The position numbers and the translations under genes are program-made. The notes below the pieces were generated by a model. That model was not told where the DNA came from. It ran no database searches and worked only from the letters and a program-made list of their open reading frames with translations. From the UHGV virus genome UHGV-0171999: DNA of 64,000 bases; one strand, given 5' to 3'. This stretch comes from a virus. Below are positions 51,719 through 61,793 of the stretch, one piece after another (the first letter of the stretch is position 1; each line of letters starts with the position of its first letter).

Positions 51719-52282
51719 ATGAGCTTATTTGAAGATGATATTCAATTAAACGAGCATCAAGTTGCTTGGTATTCAAAAGATTGGACAGCTGTCCAATCTG
51801 CTGCTGATTCTTTTAAGGAAAAAGCTGAAAATGAATTTTTTGAAATAATTGGAGCTATTAATAATAAAACTAAATGCTCTATTGCTCAAAAAGATTATTC
51901 AAAATACATGGTTGAGAATGCATTATCACAATTTCCTGAATGCATGCCAGCTGTATATGCAATGAATTTAATCGGTTCTGGATTAAGTGATGAAGCCCAT
52001 TTTAATTATCTGATGGCTGCTGTTCCTCGTGGTAAAAGATATGGTAAATGGGCAAAATTGGTCGAAGATTCTACTGAAGTATTGATTATTAAGTTACTTG
52101 CTAAGCGGTATCAAGTTAATACAAATGATGCAATTAACTATAAATCAATTCTTACTAAAAATGGAAAACTTCCTTTAGTATTAAAAGAACTAAAAGGTTT
52201 AGTCACGGATGATTTTTTGAAAGAAGTGACTAAGAATGTAAAAGAACAGAAACAACTCAAAAAACTAGCATTGGAATGGTAA
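51719..52282 (+). CDS. 62: clamp loader small subunit gp62
   Basis: 187-aa ORF directly after gene 44; synteny. Confidence 0.88.
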   Translation: MSLFEDDIQLNEHQVAWYSKDWTAVQSAADSFKEKAENEFFEIIGAINNKTKCSIAQKDYSKYMVENALSQFPECMPAVYAMNLIGSGLSDEAHFNYLMAAVPRGKRYGKWAKLVEDSTEVLIIKLLAKRYQVNTNDAINYKSILTKNGKLPLVLKELKGLVTDDFLKEVTKNVKEQKQLKKLALEW

Positions 52283-52283
52283 A

Positions 52284-52652
52284 ATGATTGAAATTACTCT
52301 TAAAAAACCTGAAGATTTTCTGAAAGTAAAAGAAACTTTGACTCGTATGGGAATTGCTAATAATAAAGATAAAGTTCTGTATCAATCCTGTCATATTCTC
52401 CAGAAAAAAGGACTATACTATATCGTTCATTTTAAAGAAATGCTTCGTATGGATGGCCGTCAGGTTGAAATGACAGAAGAAGATGAAGTTCGTCGTGATT
52501 CGATTGCATGGCTGTTAGAAGATTGGGGACTGATTGAAATCGTTCCTGGTCAAAGAACTTTTATGAAAGATTTAACCAATAACTTCCGAGTTATTTCTTT
52601 TAAACAAAAACATGAATGGAAACTCGTTCCTAAATATACGATTGGTAATTAA
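52284..52652 (+). CDS. regA: translational repressor RegA
   Basis: 122-aa ORF MIEITLKKPEDFLKVKETLTRMGIANNKDKVLYQSCHILQKKG...; matches recalled T4 RegA. Confidence 0.9.
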   Translation: MIEITLKKPEDFLKVKETLTRMGIANNKDKVLYQSCHILQKKGLYYIVHFKEMLRMDGRQVEMTEEDEVRRDSIAWLLEDWGLIEIVPGQRTFMKDLTNNFRVISFKQKHEWKLVPKYTIGN

Positions 52653-52654
52653 GC

Positions 52655-52672
52655 AAGGGGCTTCGGCCCCTT
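52655..52672 (+). terminator. UUCG-tetraloop hairpin after regA
   Basis: aaggggc-ttcg-gcccctt. Confidence 0.5.
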
Positions 52673-52693
52673 ATTTGGAGTATAATATATCAA

Positions 52694-52713
52694 GAGCCTA
52701 ATAACTCGGGCTA
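52694..52713 (+). promoter_or_regulatory. gene 43 translational operator hairpin
   Basis: 5-bp stem agcc(u)/(g)ggcu with 8-nt loop just 5' of the gene 43 SD aagga; matches the recalled T4 gp43 autoregulatory operator. Confidence 0.5.
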
Positions 52714-52730
52714 TAAACTAAGGAATATCT

Positions 52731-55427
52731 ATGAAAGAATTTTATATCTCTATCGAAACAGTCGGAAATAATATTGTTGAGCGTTATATTGATGAAAACG
52801 GAAAGGAACGTACTCGTGAAGTAGAATATCTTCCGACTATGTTTAGGCACTGTAAGGAAGAGTCAAAATACAAAGACATTTATGGTAAAAATTGCGCTCC
52901 TCAAAAATTTCCATCTATGAAAGATGCACGAGACTGGATGAAACGAATGGAAGACATCGGTCTCGAAGCTCTCGGTATGAACGATTTTAAACTCGCTTAC
53001 ATCAGTGATACATATGGTTCAGAAATTGTTTATGACCGAAAATTTGTTCGTGTAGCTAACTGTGACATTGAGGTTACTGGTGATAAATTTCCTGACCCAA
53101 TGAAAGCAGAATATGAAATTGATGCTATCACTCATTATGATTCAATTGACGACCGTTTTTACGTCTTTGATTTGTTGAATTCAATGTACGGTTCAGTATC
53201 AAAATGGGATGCAAAGTTAGCTGCTAAGCTTGACTGTGAAGGTGGTGATGAAGTTCCTCAAGAAATTCTTGACCGAGTAATTTATATGCCATTCGATAAT
53301 GAGCGTGATATGCTCATGGAATATATTAATCTCTGGGAACAGAAACGACCTGCTATTTTTACCGGTTGGAATATTGAGGGATTTGACGTTCCGTATATCA
53401 TGAACCGTGTTAAAATGGTTCTCGGTGAACGCAGTATGAAACGCTTCTCTCCAATCGGTCGAGTAAAATCTAAACTAATTCAAAATATGTACGGTAGCAA
53501 AGAAATTTATTCTATTGATGGCGTATCTATTCTTGATTATTTAGATTTGTACAAGAAATTCGCATTTACTAATTTGCCGTCATTCTCTTTGGAATCAGTT
53601 GCTCAGCACGAAACCAAAAAAGGTAAATTACCATATGATGGTCCTATTAATAAACTTCGCGAGACTAATCATCAACGATACATTAGTTATAACATCATTG
53701 ACGTAGAATCAGTTCAAGCAATTGATAAAATTCGTGGGTTTATCGATCTAGTTTTAAGTATGTCTTATTACGCTAAAATGCCTTTTTCTGGTGTAATGAG
53801 TCCTATTAAAACTTGGGATGCTATTATTTTTAACTCACTGAAAGGTGAACATAAGGTTATTCCTCAACAAGGTTCGCACGTTAAACAGAGTTTTCCAGGT
53901 GCATTTGTGTTTGAACCTAAACCGATTGCTCGTCGATACATTATGAGTTTTGACTTGACGTCTCTGTATCCTAGCATTATTCGTCAGGTTAACATTAGTC
54001 CTGAGACTATTCGCGGGCAGTTTAAAGTTCATCCAATTCATGAATATATCGCAGGAACAGCTCCTAAGCCAAGTGATGAATATTCTTGCTCTCCGAATGG
54101 ATGGATGTATGATAAGCACCAAGAAGGTATCATTCCAAAGGAAATCGCTAAAGTATTTTTCCAGCGTAAAGACTGGAAAAAGAAAATGTTCGCTGAAGAA
54201 ATGAATGCCGAAGCTATTAAAAAGATTATTATGAAAGGTGCAGGGTCTTGTTCAACTAAACCAGAAGTTGAACGATATGTTAAGTTCAATGATGATTTCT
54301 TAAATGAACTATCGAATTACACCGAATCTATTCTCAATAGTCTGATTGAAGAATGTGAAAAAGCAGCTACACTTGCTAATACAAATCAGCTGAACCGTAA
54401 AATTCTTATTAACAGTCTTTATGGTGCTCTTGGTAATATTCATTTCCGCTACTATGATTTGCGAAATGCTACTGCTATCACAATTTTCGGTCAAGTTGGT
54501 ATTCAGTGGATTGCTCGCAAAATTAATGAATATCTGAATAAAGTATGTGGAACTAATGGTGAAGATTTCATCGCAGCAGGTGATACTGATTCTGTATATG
54601 TTTGTGTAGATAAAGTAATTGAAAAAGTAGGTCTTGACCGCTTTAAAGAACAAAATGATTTAGTTGAATTCATGAATCAGTTTGGTAAGAAAAAGATGGA
54701 ACCTATGATTGATGTTGCATATCGTGAGTTATGTGATTATATGAATAACCGCGAGCATCTGATGCATATGGACCGTGAAGCTATTTCTTGCCCTCCACTT
54801 GGTTCAAAGGGTGTTGGTGGATTTTGGAAAGCGAAAAAACGTTATGCTCTGAACGTTTATGATATGGAAGATAAGCGATTTGCTGAACCGCATCTAAAAA
54901 TCATGGGTATGGAAACTCAGCAGAGTTCAACACCAAAAGCAGTACAAGAAGCTCTCGAAGAAAGTATTCGTCGTATTCTTCAGGAAGGTGAAGAGTCTGT
55001 CCAAGAATACTACAAGAACTTTGAGAAAGAATATCGTCAACTTGACTATAAAGTTATTGCTGAAGTAAAAACTGCGAACGATATAGCGAAATATGATGAT
55101 AAAGGTTGGCCAGGATTTAAATGTCCGTTCCATATTCGTGGTGTGCTAACTTATCGTCGAGCTGTTAGTGGTTTAGGTGTAGCTCCAATTTTGGATGGAA
55201 ATAAGGTAATGGTTCTTCCATTACGTGAAGGAAATCCATTTGGTGACAAGTGCATTGCTTGGCCGTCGGGTACGGAACTTCCAAAAGAAATTCGTTCTGA
55301 CGTACTGTCTTGGATTGACTACTCAACTTTGTTCCAAAAATCGTTTGTTAAACCGCTTGCGGGCATGTGTGAATCGGCGGGTATGGACTATGAAGAAAAA
55401 GCTTCGTTAGACTTCCTGTTTGGCTGA
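52731..55427 (+). CDS. 43: DNA polymerase gp43 (family B, with 3'-5' exonuclease)
   Basis: 898-aa ORF; exo motif CDIEV, polymerase motifs SLYPS and YGDTDS. Confidence 0.95.
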   Translation: MKEFYISIETVGNNIVERYIDENGKERTREVEYLPTMFRHCKEESKYKDIYGKNCAPQKFPSMKDARDWMKRMEDIGLEALGMNDFKLAYISDTYGSEIVYDRKFVRVANCDIEVTGDKFPDPMKAEYEIDAITHYDSIDDRFYVFDLLNSMYGSVSKWDAKLAAKLDCEGGDEVPQEILDRVIYMPFDNERDMLMEYINLWEQKRPAIFTGWNIEGFDVPYIMNRVKMVLGERSMKRFSPIGRVKSKLIQNMYGSKEIYSIDGVSILDYLDLYKKFAFTNLPSFSLESVAQHETKKGKLPYDGPINKLRETNHQRYISYNIIDVESVQAIDKIRGFIDLVLSMSYYAKMPFSGVMSPIKTWDAIIFNSLKGEHKVIPQQGSHVKQSFPGAFVFEPKPIARRYIMSFDLTSLYPSIIRQVNISPETIRGQFKVHPIHEYIAGTAPKPSDEYSCSPNGWMYDKHQEGIIPKEIAKVFFQRKDWKKKMFAEEMNAEAIKKIIMKGAGSCSTKPEVERYVKFNDDFLNELSNYTESILNSLIEECEKAATLANTNQLNRKILINSLYGALGNIHFRYYDLRNATAITIFGQVGIQWIARKINEYLNKVCGTNGEDFIAAGDTDSVYVCVDKVIEKVGLDRFKEQNDLVEFMNQFGKKKMEPMIDVAYRELCDYMNNREHLMHMDREAISCPPLGSKGVGGFWKAKKRYALNVYDMEDKRFAEPHLKIMGMETQQSSTPKAVQEALEESIRRILQEGEESVQEYYKNFEKEYRQLDYKVIAEVKTANDIAKYDDKGWPGFKCPFHIRGVLTYRRAVSGLGVAPILDGNKVMVLPLREGNPFGDKCIAWPSGTELPKEIRSDVLSWIDYSTLFQKSFVKPLAGMCESAGMDYEEKASLDFLFG

Positions 55428-55440
55428 TAGAATAAATCTA

Positions 55441-55461
55441 GGGACCTCCGGGTCCCTTTTT
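55441..55461 (+). terminator. intrinsic terminator after gene 43
   Basis: gggacc-tccg-ggtccc followed by ttttt. Confidence 0.65.
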
Positions 55462-55544
55462 CATACAAGTAATATAAATCTATACTTAGGAAAAATAGAT
55501 GATTCTAGGTCCTGTAAATTCATTAAAATTTTTTTCACAAAACT

Positions 55545-55574
55545 GTTTACATCCCTGTTCTTCCATGGTACTAT
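55545..55574 (+). promoter_or_regulatory. early promoter
   Basis: GTTTACA, 17 bp, TGgTACTAT followed by acaactatcaactac; near-identical to the cassette at 13851. Confidence 0.6.
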
Positions 55575-55602
55575 ACAACTATCAACTACGGAGGAACACA
55601 AA

Positions 55603-55854
55603 ATGAAAAATATTCAAACTAATTTTATTCAAAATTTAAAAGTTGTTAATGCAGAAAAAGCTAATAAACTCTTTAAAGTTAAAGAATTCGAAAATGAAGG
55701 TAATACTTATGGTATTATAGAACAAAATGGAATGGTGACTGGATTAGAAATTTATATTGGCAAAGGAAAATTTCAGTCACAGCCAATTTCTGTTATGGGT
55801 GTAAGAAAAGGAATTAAAATTGAAGATGCTTTAAAATTATTTGCTAAGTTTTAA
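55603..55854 (+). CDS. hypothetical protein
   Basis: 83 aa from Met 55603; ORF 55420-55854 upstream part is promoter read-through. Confidence 0.5.
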   Translation: MKNIQTNFIQNLKVVNAEKANKLFKVKEFENEGNTYGIIEQNGMVTGLEIYIGKGKFQSQPISVMGVRKGIKIEDALKLFAKF

Positions 55855-55866
55855 GAGGAAATTGTT

Positions 55867-56247
55867 ATGAAAATCGCTATTTTGGTTATTGCATTAGGTC
55901 TTACTGGTTGTGTAGCTCAAGGACCGGTAGTGAATCAGTCTGATGTAGGAAAAATTGTAAACTGTTCAAGCAAATTTTATAATCCTAATGTCAAGTGTTA
56001 TAAAGAAGCTCCAAAGCAGACAGTAGAACAAATGCAGGCGAATTTTGACGAAGCTATTCGTCCAGATGAATCTGCTCAAGCATATCGTAATTCAGATGTG
56101 ATTACACGTGAAGAAAAAATTGAAAACTACTGCGCCGAACTTTGGGTTAATTGGGCTAATAATTACCAATGGCGTACTGGTAAAAATGCTCCAATGGAGT
56201 ATGTAGTGAATTCTTATAATTCATGCGTAAAAAATTTGACTAAGTGA
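55867..56247 (+). CDS. predicted lipoprotein
   Basis: Signal peptide with lipobox MKIAILVIALGLTGC. Confidence 0.5.
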   Translation: MKIAILVIALGLTGCVAQGPVVNQSDVGKIVNCSSKFYNPNVKCYKEAPKQTVEQMQANFDEAIRPDESAQAYRNSDVITREEKIENYCAELWVNWANNYQWRTGKNAPMEYVVNSYNSCVKNLTK

Positions 56248-56254
56248 GGAAAAA

Positions 56255-56506
56255 ATGGAAACTTTAGTAGCAGGTTCAATTTTTATGGTTTTAGTTTCAG
56301 GCGTGTTGGCTATTATTATATACATGCTTCCGTGGTTCATCGCCTTGATGCGTGGGTCAAAATCGACAGTAGGAATCTTTTTCACATCTTTACTGTTTAA
56401 CTGGTCAATTATTGGTTGGTTTATTACATTTATTTGGTCAATTGCGGGTGAAACTAAAAAATCTGTGCAGCAAAATCAAGTAATTATCATCAGAGAGAAG
56501 GAATGA
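56255..56506 (+). CDS. imm: superinfection immunity membrane protein Imm
   Basis: 83-aa ORF with two hydrophobic helices, located between 43 and 42 as in T4. Confidence 0.6.
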   Translation: METLVAGSIFMVLVSGVLAIIIYMLPWFIALMRGSKSTVGIFFTSLLFNWSIIGWFITFIWSIAGETKKSVQQNQVIIIREKE

Positions 56507-56659
56507 AAAGCAAATTTTTAGCAGTATTGCTTTTAATCTTGATGATTATAATAAGTATATACTATAGCGTAACGGTTCCTTGTATGATTCCGACACTTAT
56601 TATAGGTTGGGGTTTATTACTGTTACAAGTTAAATATGAATGTATCAATTGAGGTTTAA

Positions 56660-57400
56660 ATGATTAATGACTCTTTGACAGTTGAAGAAATCCGTCTTCA
56701 TTTGGGAATTGCGTTAAAGGAAAAAGATTTCGTAATTGATAAAACTGGCGTTAAAACTATTGAAATTATTGGTGCATCATTTGTAGCAGATGAACCTTTT
56801 ATTTTTGGCGCTCTTAATGATGAATACATTCAACGTGAACTTGAATGGTACAAGTCTCAAAGTCTGTTTGTTAAAGATATTCCAGGTGAAACACCAAAGA
56901 TTTGGCAACAGGTAGCATCTTCTAAAGGCGAAATTAACTCGAATTATGGTTGGGCCATCTGGTCAGAAGATAACTATGCCCAGTATGATATGTGTTTAGC
57001 TGAACTTGGTCAAAATCCTGATTCTCGACGTGGTATCATGATTTATACTCGTCCATCCATGCAGTTTGACTACAACAAAGATGGTATGTCAGATTTCATG
57101 TGTACTAATACAGTACAGTACCTGATTCGTGATAAGAAAGTCAATGCAGTAGTAAGCATGCGCTCAAATGACGTGGTCTTCGGATTCCGTAATGATTATG
57201 CATGGCAAAAATACGTATTAGATAAATTAGTATCTGATTTGAATGCAGGCGATTCAACTCGTCAGTATAAAGCAGGTTCTATTATATGGAATGTTGGAAG
57301 TCTTCATGTATATTCTCGTCATTTTTACTTGGTTGATCATTGGTGGAATACTGGCGAAACTCATATTGTGAAAAAAGACTATAAAGGTGAGTGGAAATGA
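56660..57400 (+). CDS. 42: dCMP hydroxymethylase gp42
   Basis: 246-aa ORF MINDSLTVEEIRLHLGIALKEKDF...; matches recalled T4 gp42. Confidence 0.92.
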   Translation: MINDSLTVEEIRLHLGIALKEKDFVIDKTGVKTIEIIGASFVADEPFIFGALNDEYIQRELEWYKSQSLFVKDIPGETPKIWQQVASSKGEINSNYGWAIWSEDNYAQYDMCLAELGQNPDSRRGIMIYTRPSMQFDYNKDGMSDFMCTNTVQYLIRDKKVNAVVSMRSNDVVFGFRNDYAWQKYVLDKLVSDLNAGDSTRQYKAGSIIWNVGSLHVYSRHFYLVDHWWNTGETHIVKKDYKGEWK

Positions 57401-58239
57401 TTCAATTCGTAATTCCAAGTTATCAGCGTGTCGGGGCAGTTTCTGCCCTTGATATGTTTCCGACTGATTATGAACCCCATATTGTAGTGCGTGAACATGA
57501 AGAAAAAGCTTATTATGACGCTTACGGGTCTAGAGCTAAAATTGTAGTTATTCCCGATGATGTAAATGGAATTGCTGGAACTCGTAAAGCAATTACTGAT
57601 ATGTATGCAGGCCAACGAATTTGGATGATTGATGATGATACTACTATTCGTATGAGTTCAATGCGAAAGAAAGATGATCGTCGCTGCGTAGATAAAATTA
57701 ATCAATTAACTCGTGAACAGTTCTATGAATTGATTCAATACGTGGAAGATGCAATGGATTGCGGGTATTATCATGGTCATGCTCGTCTACCTATTTTTAA
57801 AATTACTTCATCTTGGGGTAATTATCGTGAAAATTCATATGGATTCACGAATACCTGGTATGACCTCGGAAAACTTACAACAGAACAAATTGGGTATGGA
57901 AAAATTGATTTATGCGAAGATATGTATGCATTTCTCAATTTAATTAATCAAGGTTATCCGCATTTGGCCTTGTTCAAATATCTGGTTGTATCTGGAAAAG
58001 CACAGGCTCCTGGCGGATGTAGTTCAATTCGTAGTAATTCAAAACATAATAGAGCGCTCGAGCAAATCAATAGAGAATTTCCAGAGCAAGCTCGTTGGAA
58101 AACATCGAATATTGAAAATAGAAAATCGTTGGGTGAAGAAGACGAGCCATTAAAAGTTCTTCGCATGTGTGTTTCACGTAAAGAAAAATCAGAAGCATTT
58201 CATAAGTTTAATGCTATTCATCCAATAGCAGTTGATTAA
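57397..58239 (+). CDS. GT2-family (GT-A fold) glycosyltransferase at the beta-gt locus; not T4 beta-gt-like
   Basis: N-terminal FVIPSYQR (GT2-type IPxYN motif) and DxD motif WMIDDDT; ATGA overlap with gene 42; lies between 42 and uvsX. Confidence 0.6.
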   Translation: MIQFVIPSYQRVGAVSALDMFPTDYEPHIVVREHEEKAYYDAYGSRAKIVVIPDDVNGIAGTRKAITDMYAGQRIWMIDDDTTIRMSSMRKKDDRRCVDKINQLTREQFYELIQYVEDAMDCGYYHGHARLPIFKITSSWGNYRENSYGFTNTWYDLGKLTTEQIGYGKIDLCEDMYAFLNLINQGYPHLALFKYLVVSGKAQAPGGCSSIRSNSKHNRALEQINREFPEQARWKTSNIENRKSLGEEDEPLKVLRMCVSRKEKSEAFHKFNAIHPIAVD

Positions 58240-58316
58240 TGCCTAAATTTATTGTGTTATAATTACTCTATCTTTAACCAGTGAGGAAAATATAATGATG
58301 CCTATGGAAAAAATGA

Positions 58317-59498
58317 ATGTCTATTGCAGATTTAAAATCCCGTTTGATTAAAGCTTCCACTTCTAAAATGACTGCTGAACTGACTACATCTAAATTCTTT
58401 AATGAAAAGGATGTAATCCGTACAAAAATTCCAATGCTTAATATCGCTATTTCTGGTGCGATTGATGGCGGCATGCAGTCTGGTTTAACTATTTTCGCAG
58501 GGCCTTCTAAACACTTTAAATCAAATATGTCTTTGACTATGGTTGCGGCATATTTGAACAAATATCCTGACGCGGTTTGTCTATTCTATGATAGCGAATT
58601 TGGTATTACTCCAGCTTATTTGCGATCCATGGGAGTTGACCCGGAACGAGTAATTCATACGCCGATTCAGTCAGTTGAACAGCTGAAAATTGATATGGTG
58701 AATCAGCTTGAAGCTATTGAGCGCGGTGAAAAGGTTATTGTATTCATCGACTCAATCGGTAATATGGCTTCTAAGAAAGAAACGGAAGATGCCTTGAATG
58801 AAAAATCTGTGGCAGATATGACTCGTGCTAAATCACTGAAGTCATTATTCCGTATTGTTACTCCTTATTTTAGTATTAAAAACATTCCATGTGTTGCGGT
58901 TAACCATACAATTGAAACAATTGAAATGTTTAGTAAAACCGTGATGACAGGTGGTACAGGCGTAATGTATTCGGCTGATACTGTATTCATTATCGGTAAG
59001 CGCCAGATTAAAGATGGATCTGATCTTCAGGGGTATCAATTTGTTCTAAATGTAGAAAAATCTCGTACCGTCAAAGAAAAAAGTAAATTCTTTATTGATG
59101 TTAAATTTGACGGTGGTATCGATCCTTATTCTGGATTGTTAGATATGGCTCTTGAATTAGGATTTGTGGTAAAACCTAAAAATGGCTGGTATGCTCGTGA
59201 ATTTCTTGACGAAGAAACCGGCGAGATGATTCGCGAAGAAAAATCTTGGCGTGCAAAAGATACCAATTGCACTACATTCTGGGGTCCTTTATTTAAGCAT
59301 CAACCATTCCGAGATGCTATTAAACGTGCTTATCAGTTAGGTGCTATTGATAGTAATGAAATTGTTGAAGCTGAAGTTGATGAATTGATTAACTCAAAGG
59401 TTGAAAAATTTAAATCTCCAGAAAGTAAAAGTAAATCAGCAGCTGATTTAGAAACTGACCTAGATCAGTTAAGTGATATGGAAGAATTTAATGAATAA
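58317..59498 (+). CDS. uvsX: RecA-like recombinase UvsX
   Basis: 393-aa ORF; Walker A GPSKHFKS; strong match to recalled T4 UvsX. Confidence 0.95.
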   Translation: MSIADLKSRLIKASTSKMTAELTTSKFFNEKDVIRTKIPMLNIAISGAIDGGMQSGLTIFAGPSKHFKSNMSLTMVAAYLNKYPDAVCLFYDSEFGITPAYLRSMGVDPERVIHTPIQSVEQLKIDMVNQLEAIERGEKVIVFIDSIGNMASKKETEDALNEKSVADMTRAKSLKSLFRIVTPYFSIKNIPCVAVNHTIETIEMFSKTVMTGGTGVMYSADTVFIIGKRQIKDGSDLQGYQFVLNVEKSRTVKEKSKFFIDVKFDGGIDPYSGLLDMALELGFVVKPKNGWYAREFLDEETGEMIREEKSWRAKDTNCTTFWGPLFKHQPFRDAIKRAYQLGAIDSNEIVEAEVDELINSKVEKFKSPESKSKSAADLETDLDQLSDMEEFNE

Positions 59499-59841
59499 AG
59501 ATGATTTAGATTTAGATTTAGATCTAGAAATTATCGACGAATCCCCCTCTTCGGAGGGGGAAGAAGAAAGAAAAGAACGTCTTTTTAATGAATCTCTTAA
59601 GATAATTAAATCTGCCATGGAAAATGTTATCCAGGAGATTGTCATTAAACTAGAAGATGGTTCTACACACATTGTGTATGTGACAAAATTAGATTGGGTT
59701 GATGGAAAAGTCGTAATGGACTTTGCTGTTCTTGACCAAGAAAGAAAAGCTGAGTTAGCTCCTCATGTAGAAAAATGTATTACAATGCAACTACAAGATG
59801 CATTTAATAAAAGGTCAAAGAAAAAATTTAAATTCTTTTAA
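59491..59841 (+). CDS. 40: gp40-position protein (head vertex assembly chaperone in T4)
   Basis: ORF 59473-59841 with Met at 59491 (MNKDDLDLDLDLE); synteny uvsX-40-41. Confidence 0.55.
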   Translation: MNKDDLDLDLDLEIIDESPSSEGEEERKERLFNESLKIIKSAMENVIQEIVIKLEDGSTHIVYVTKLDWVDGKVVMDFAVLDQERKAELAPHVEKCITMQLQDAFNKRSKKKFKFF

Positions 59842-59850
59842 GGAGTAAGT

Positions 59851-61278
59851 GTGGTAGAAATTATTCTTTCTCATCTCATATTTGATCAAGCTTATTTTTC
59901 AAAAGTTTGGCCATATATGGATTCAGAATATTTTGAAAGTGGTCCAGCTAAAAATACATTCAAATTAATTAAATCTCATGTTAATGAGTACCATAGCGTT
60001 CCATCTATTAATGCGTTAAATGTTGCATTAGAAAATAGTTCATTTACTGAAACAGAATATTCTGGTGTAAAAACACTTATTTCGAAACTAACCGATTCTC
60101 CAGAAGACCACAGCTGGTTAGTAAAAGAAACAGAAAAATATGTTCAGCAAAGGGCGATGTTTAATGCTACGTCTAAAATAATTGAAATTCAAACTAATGC
60201 TGAGCTTCCTCCAGAAAAACGAAATAAGAAAATGCCAGATGTAGGTGCTATTCCTGACATCATGCGCCAAGCATTATCAATTTCATTTGATAGTTACGTT
60301 GGTCATGATTGGATGGATGACTACGAAGCACGTTGGCTATCTTATATGAATAAAGCTCGTAAGGTTCCATTTAAACTCAAAATTCTAAATAAAATTACTA
60401 AAGGCGGAGCTGAAACTGGAACACTGAACGTTTTAATGGCCGGTGTTAACGTTGGTAAGTCATTAGGTCTGTGTTCATTGGCAGCAGATTATTTACAGCT
60501 CGGTCATAATGTTCTTTACATTTCAATGGAAATGGCAGAAGAAGTCTGTGCTAAGCGTATTGACGCTAACATGCTCGATGTTTCTCTTGATGACATTGAT
60601 GATGGGCATATTTCTTACGCTGAATATAAAGGAAAAATGGAAAAATGGCGTGAGAAATCTACTCTCGGTCGTTTAATTGTTAAACAATATCCTACTGGTG
60701 GAGCAGACGCTAATACATTTAGATCGCTTTTAAACGAATTAAAACTCAAGAAGAATTTTGTTCCAACAATCATTATTGTTGACTATCTAGGTATTTGTAA
60801 ATCTTGTCGCATCAGAGTTTACTCAGAAAATAGTTACACAACTGTTAAAGCTATCGCAGAGGAATTGCGTGCTCTGGCTGTTGAAACCGAAACCGTTCTT
60901 TGGACTGCAGCACAGGTTGGTAAGCAAGCTTGGGATTCTTCTGATGTTAACATGAGCGATATTGCAGAATCTGCCGGTCTTCCAGCAACAGCCGATTTTA
61001 TGCTTGCGGTCATTGAAACCGAGGAGTTAGCAGCTGCTGAACAACAACTCATTAAGCAAATCAAATCACGATATGGTGATAAGAATAAATGGAATAAGTT
61101 TTTGATGGGTGTTCAAAAAGGAAATCAGAAATGGGTAGAAATTGAACAAGATTCTACTCCAACCGAAGTGAACGAAGTAGCAGGTTCGCAGCAGATTCAG
61201 GCTGAGCAGAATCGCTATCAAAGAAACGAATCCGCTCGAGCTCAGTTAGATGCTTTGGCAAATGAATTAAAATTTTAG
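59851..61278 (+). CDS. 41: replicative DNA helicase gp41 (DnaB-like), apparent GTG start
   Basis: 475-aa ORF; Walker A GVNVGKS; strong match to recalled T4 gp41. Confidence 0.95.
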   Translation: MVEIILSHLIFDQAYFSKVWPYMDSEYFESGPAKNTFKLIKSHVNEYHSVPSINALNVALENSSFTETEYSGVKTLISKLTDSPEDHSWLVKETEKYVQQRAMFNATSKIIEIQTNAELPPEKRNKKMPDVGAIPDIMRQALSISFDSYVGHDWMDDYEARWLSYMNKARKVPFKLKILNKITKGGAETGTLNVLMAGVNVGKSLGLCSLAADYLQLGHNVLYISMEMAEEVCAKRIDANMLDVSLDDIDDGHISYAEYKGKMEKWREKSTLGRLIVKQYPTGGADANTFRSLLNELKLKKNFVPTIIIVDYLGICKSCRIRVYSENSYTTVKAIAEELRALAVETETVLWTAAQVGKQAWDSSDVNMSDIAESAGLPATADFMLAVIETEELAAAEQQLIKQIKSRYGDKNKWNKFLMGVQKGNQKWVEIEQDSTPTEVNEVAGSQQIQAEQNRYQRNESARAQLDALANELKF

Positions 61279-61307
61279 TTTACAAGCCGACAAGACTATG
61301 GTAAGTA
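61278..61307 (+). promoter_or_regulatory. early promoter upstream of dmd
   Basis: GTTTACA, 17 bp, TGgTAAGTA. Confidence 0.5.
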
Positions 61308-61334
61308 GTCTTGTTGGTTAAATGAGGAGATGTT

Positions 61335-61517
61335 ATGGAATTAGTAAAGGTAGTTTTTATGGGGTGGTTTAAGAATGAAAGCATGTTTACTAAAGAAATC
61401 ACAATGATGAAAGATGACGTTCAATGGGCTACTACTCAATATGCTGAAGTTAATAAAGCGCTAGTTAAAGCTTTCATTGATGACAAGAAAGTATGCGAAG
61501 TTGATTGCCGAGGATAA
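61335..61517 (+). CDS. dmd: Dmd, antitoxin against host RnlA/LsoA RNases (gene 61.5)
   Basis: 60-aa ORF MELVKVVFMGWFKNESMFTKEITMMKDDVQW...; matches recalled T4 Dmd. Confidence 0.8.
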   Translation: MELVKVVFMGWFKNESMFTKEITMMKDDVQWATTQYAEVNKALVKAFIDDKKVCEVDCRG

Positions 61518-61518
61518 T

Positions 61519-61761
61519 ATGCATATTGTTTTATTTAAACCTACTCCGTATAACGTCAGGAAAAATACGCAATTCAAAGCACTTGTTGCAGATACGTGGG
61601 AATTGGTGTTAGATATTCCAGCAGAAGAAAGTCCTCCATTTGGTCGAGTGGAATTTATTAAGTTTGCTGTTCGCCCTACGAAGCGACAGATTCGTCAATG
61701 CAAAAGATACTTTCGTAAAATCGTCAAGTTAGAGAAACGGTTATTGATGCTAGTAAAATAG
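61519..61761 (+). CDS. hypothetical basic protein
   Basis: ORF 61477-61761 with probable start at Met 61519. Confidence 0.45.
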   Translation: MHIVLFKPTPYNVRKNTQFKALVADTWELVLDIPAEESPPFGRVEFIKFAVRPTKRQIRQCKRYFRKIVKLEKRLLMLVK

Positions 61762-61763
61762 TA

Positions 61764-61793
61764 GTTTACAAGCTGATAGAGTTGTGTTATAGT
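61764..61793 (+). promoter_or_regulatory. early promoter
   Basis: GTTTACA, 17 bp, TGtTATAGT. Confidence 0.55.

Noticed and set aside
53835-55133. Several minus-strand ORFs (53835-54122, 54038-54289, 54309-54653, 54927-55133)
   Set aside because: All antisense within the DNA polymerase gene 43 ORF.
59500-59532. Tandem gatttagatttagatctag repeats (possible repeat array)
   Set aside because: They are in-frame codons for an acidic DLDLDLDLE stretch at the N-terminus of the gene 40-position protein, not a CRISPR or satellite array. No CRISPR-like repeat-spacer structure exists anywhere in the window.
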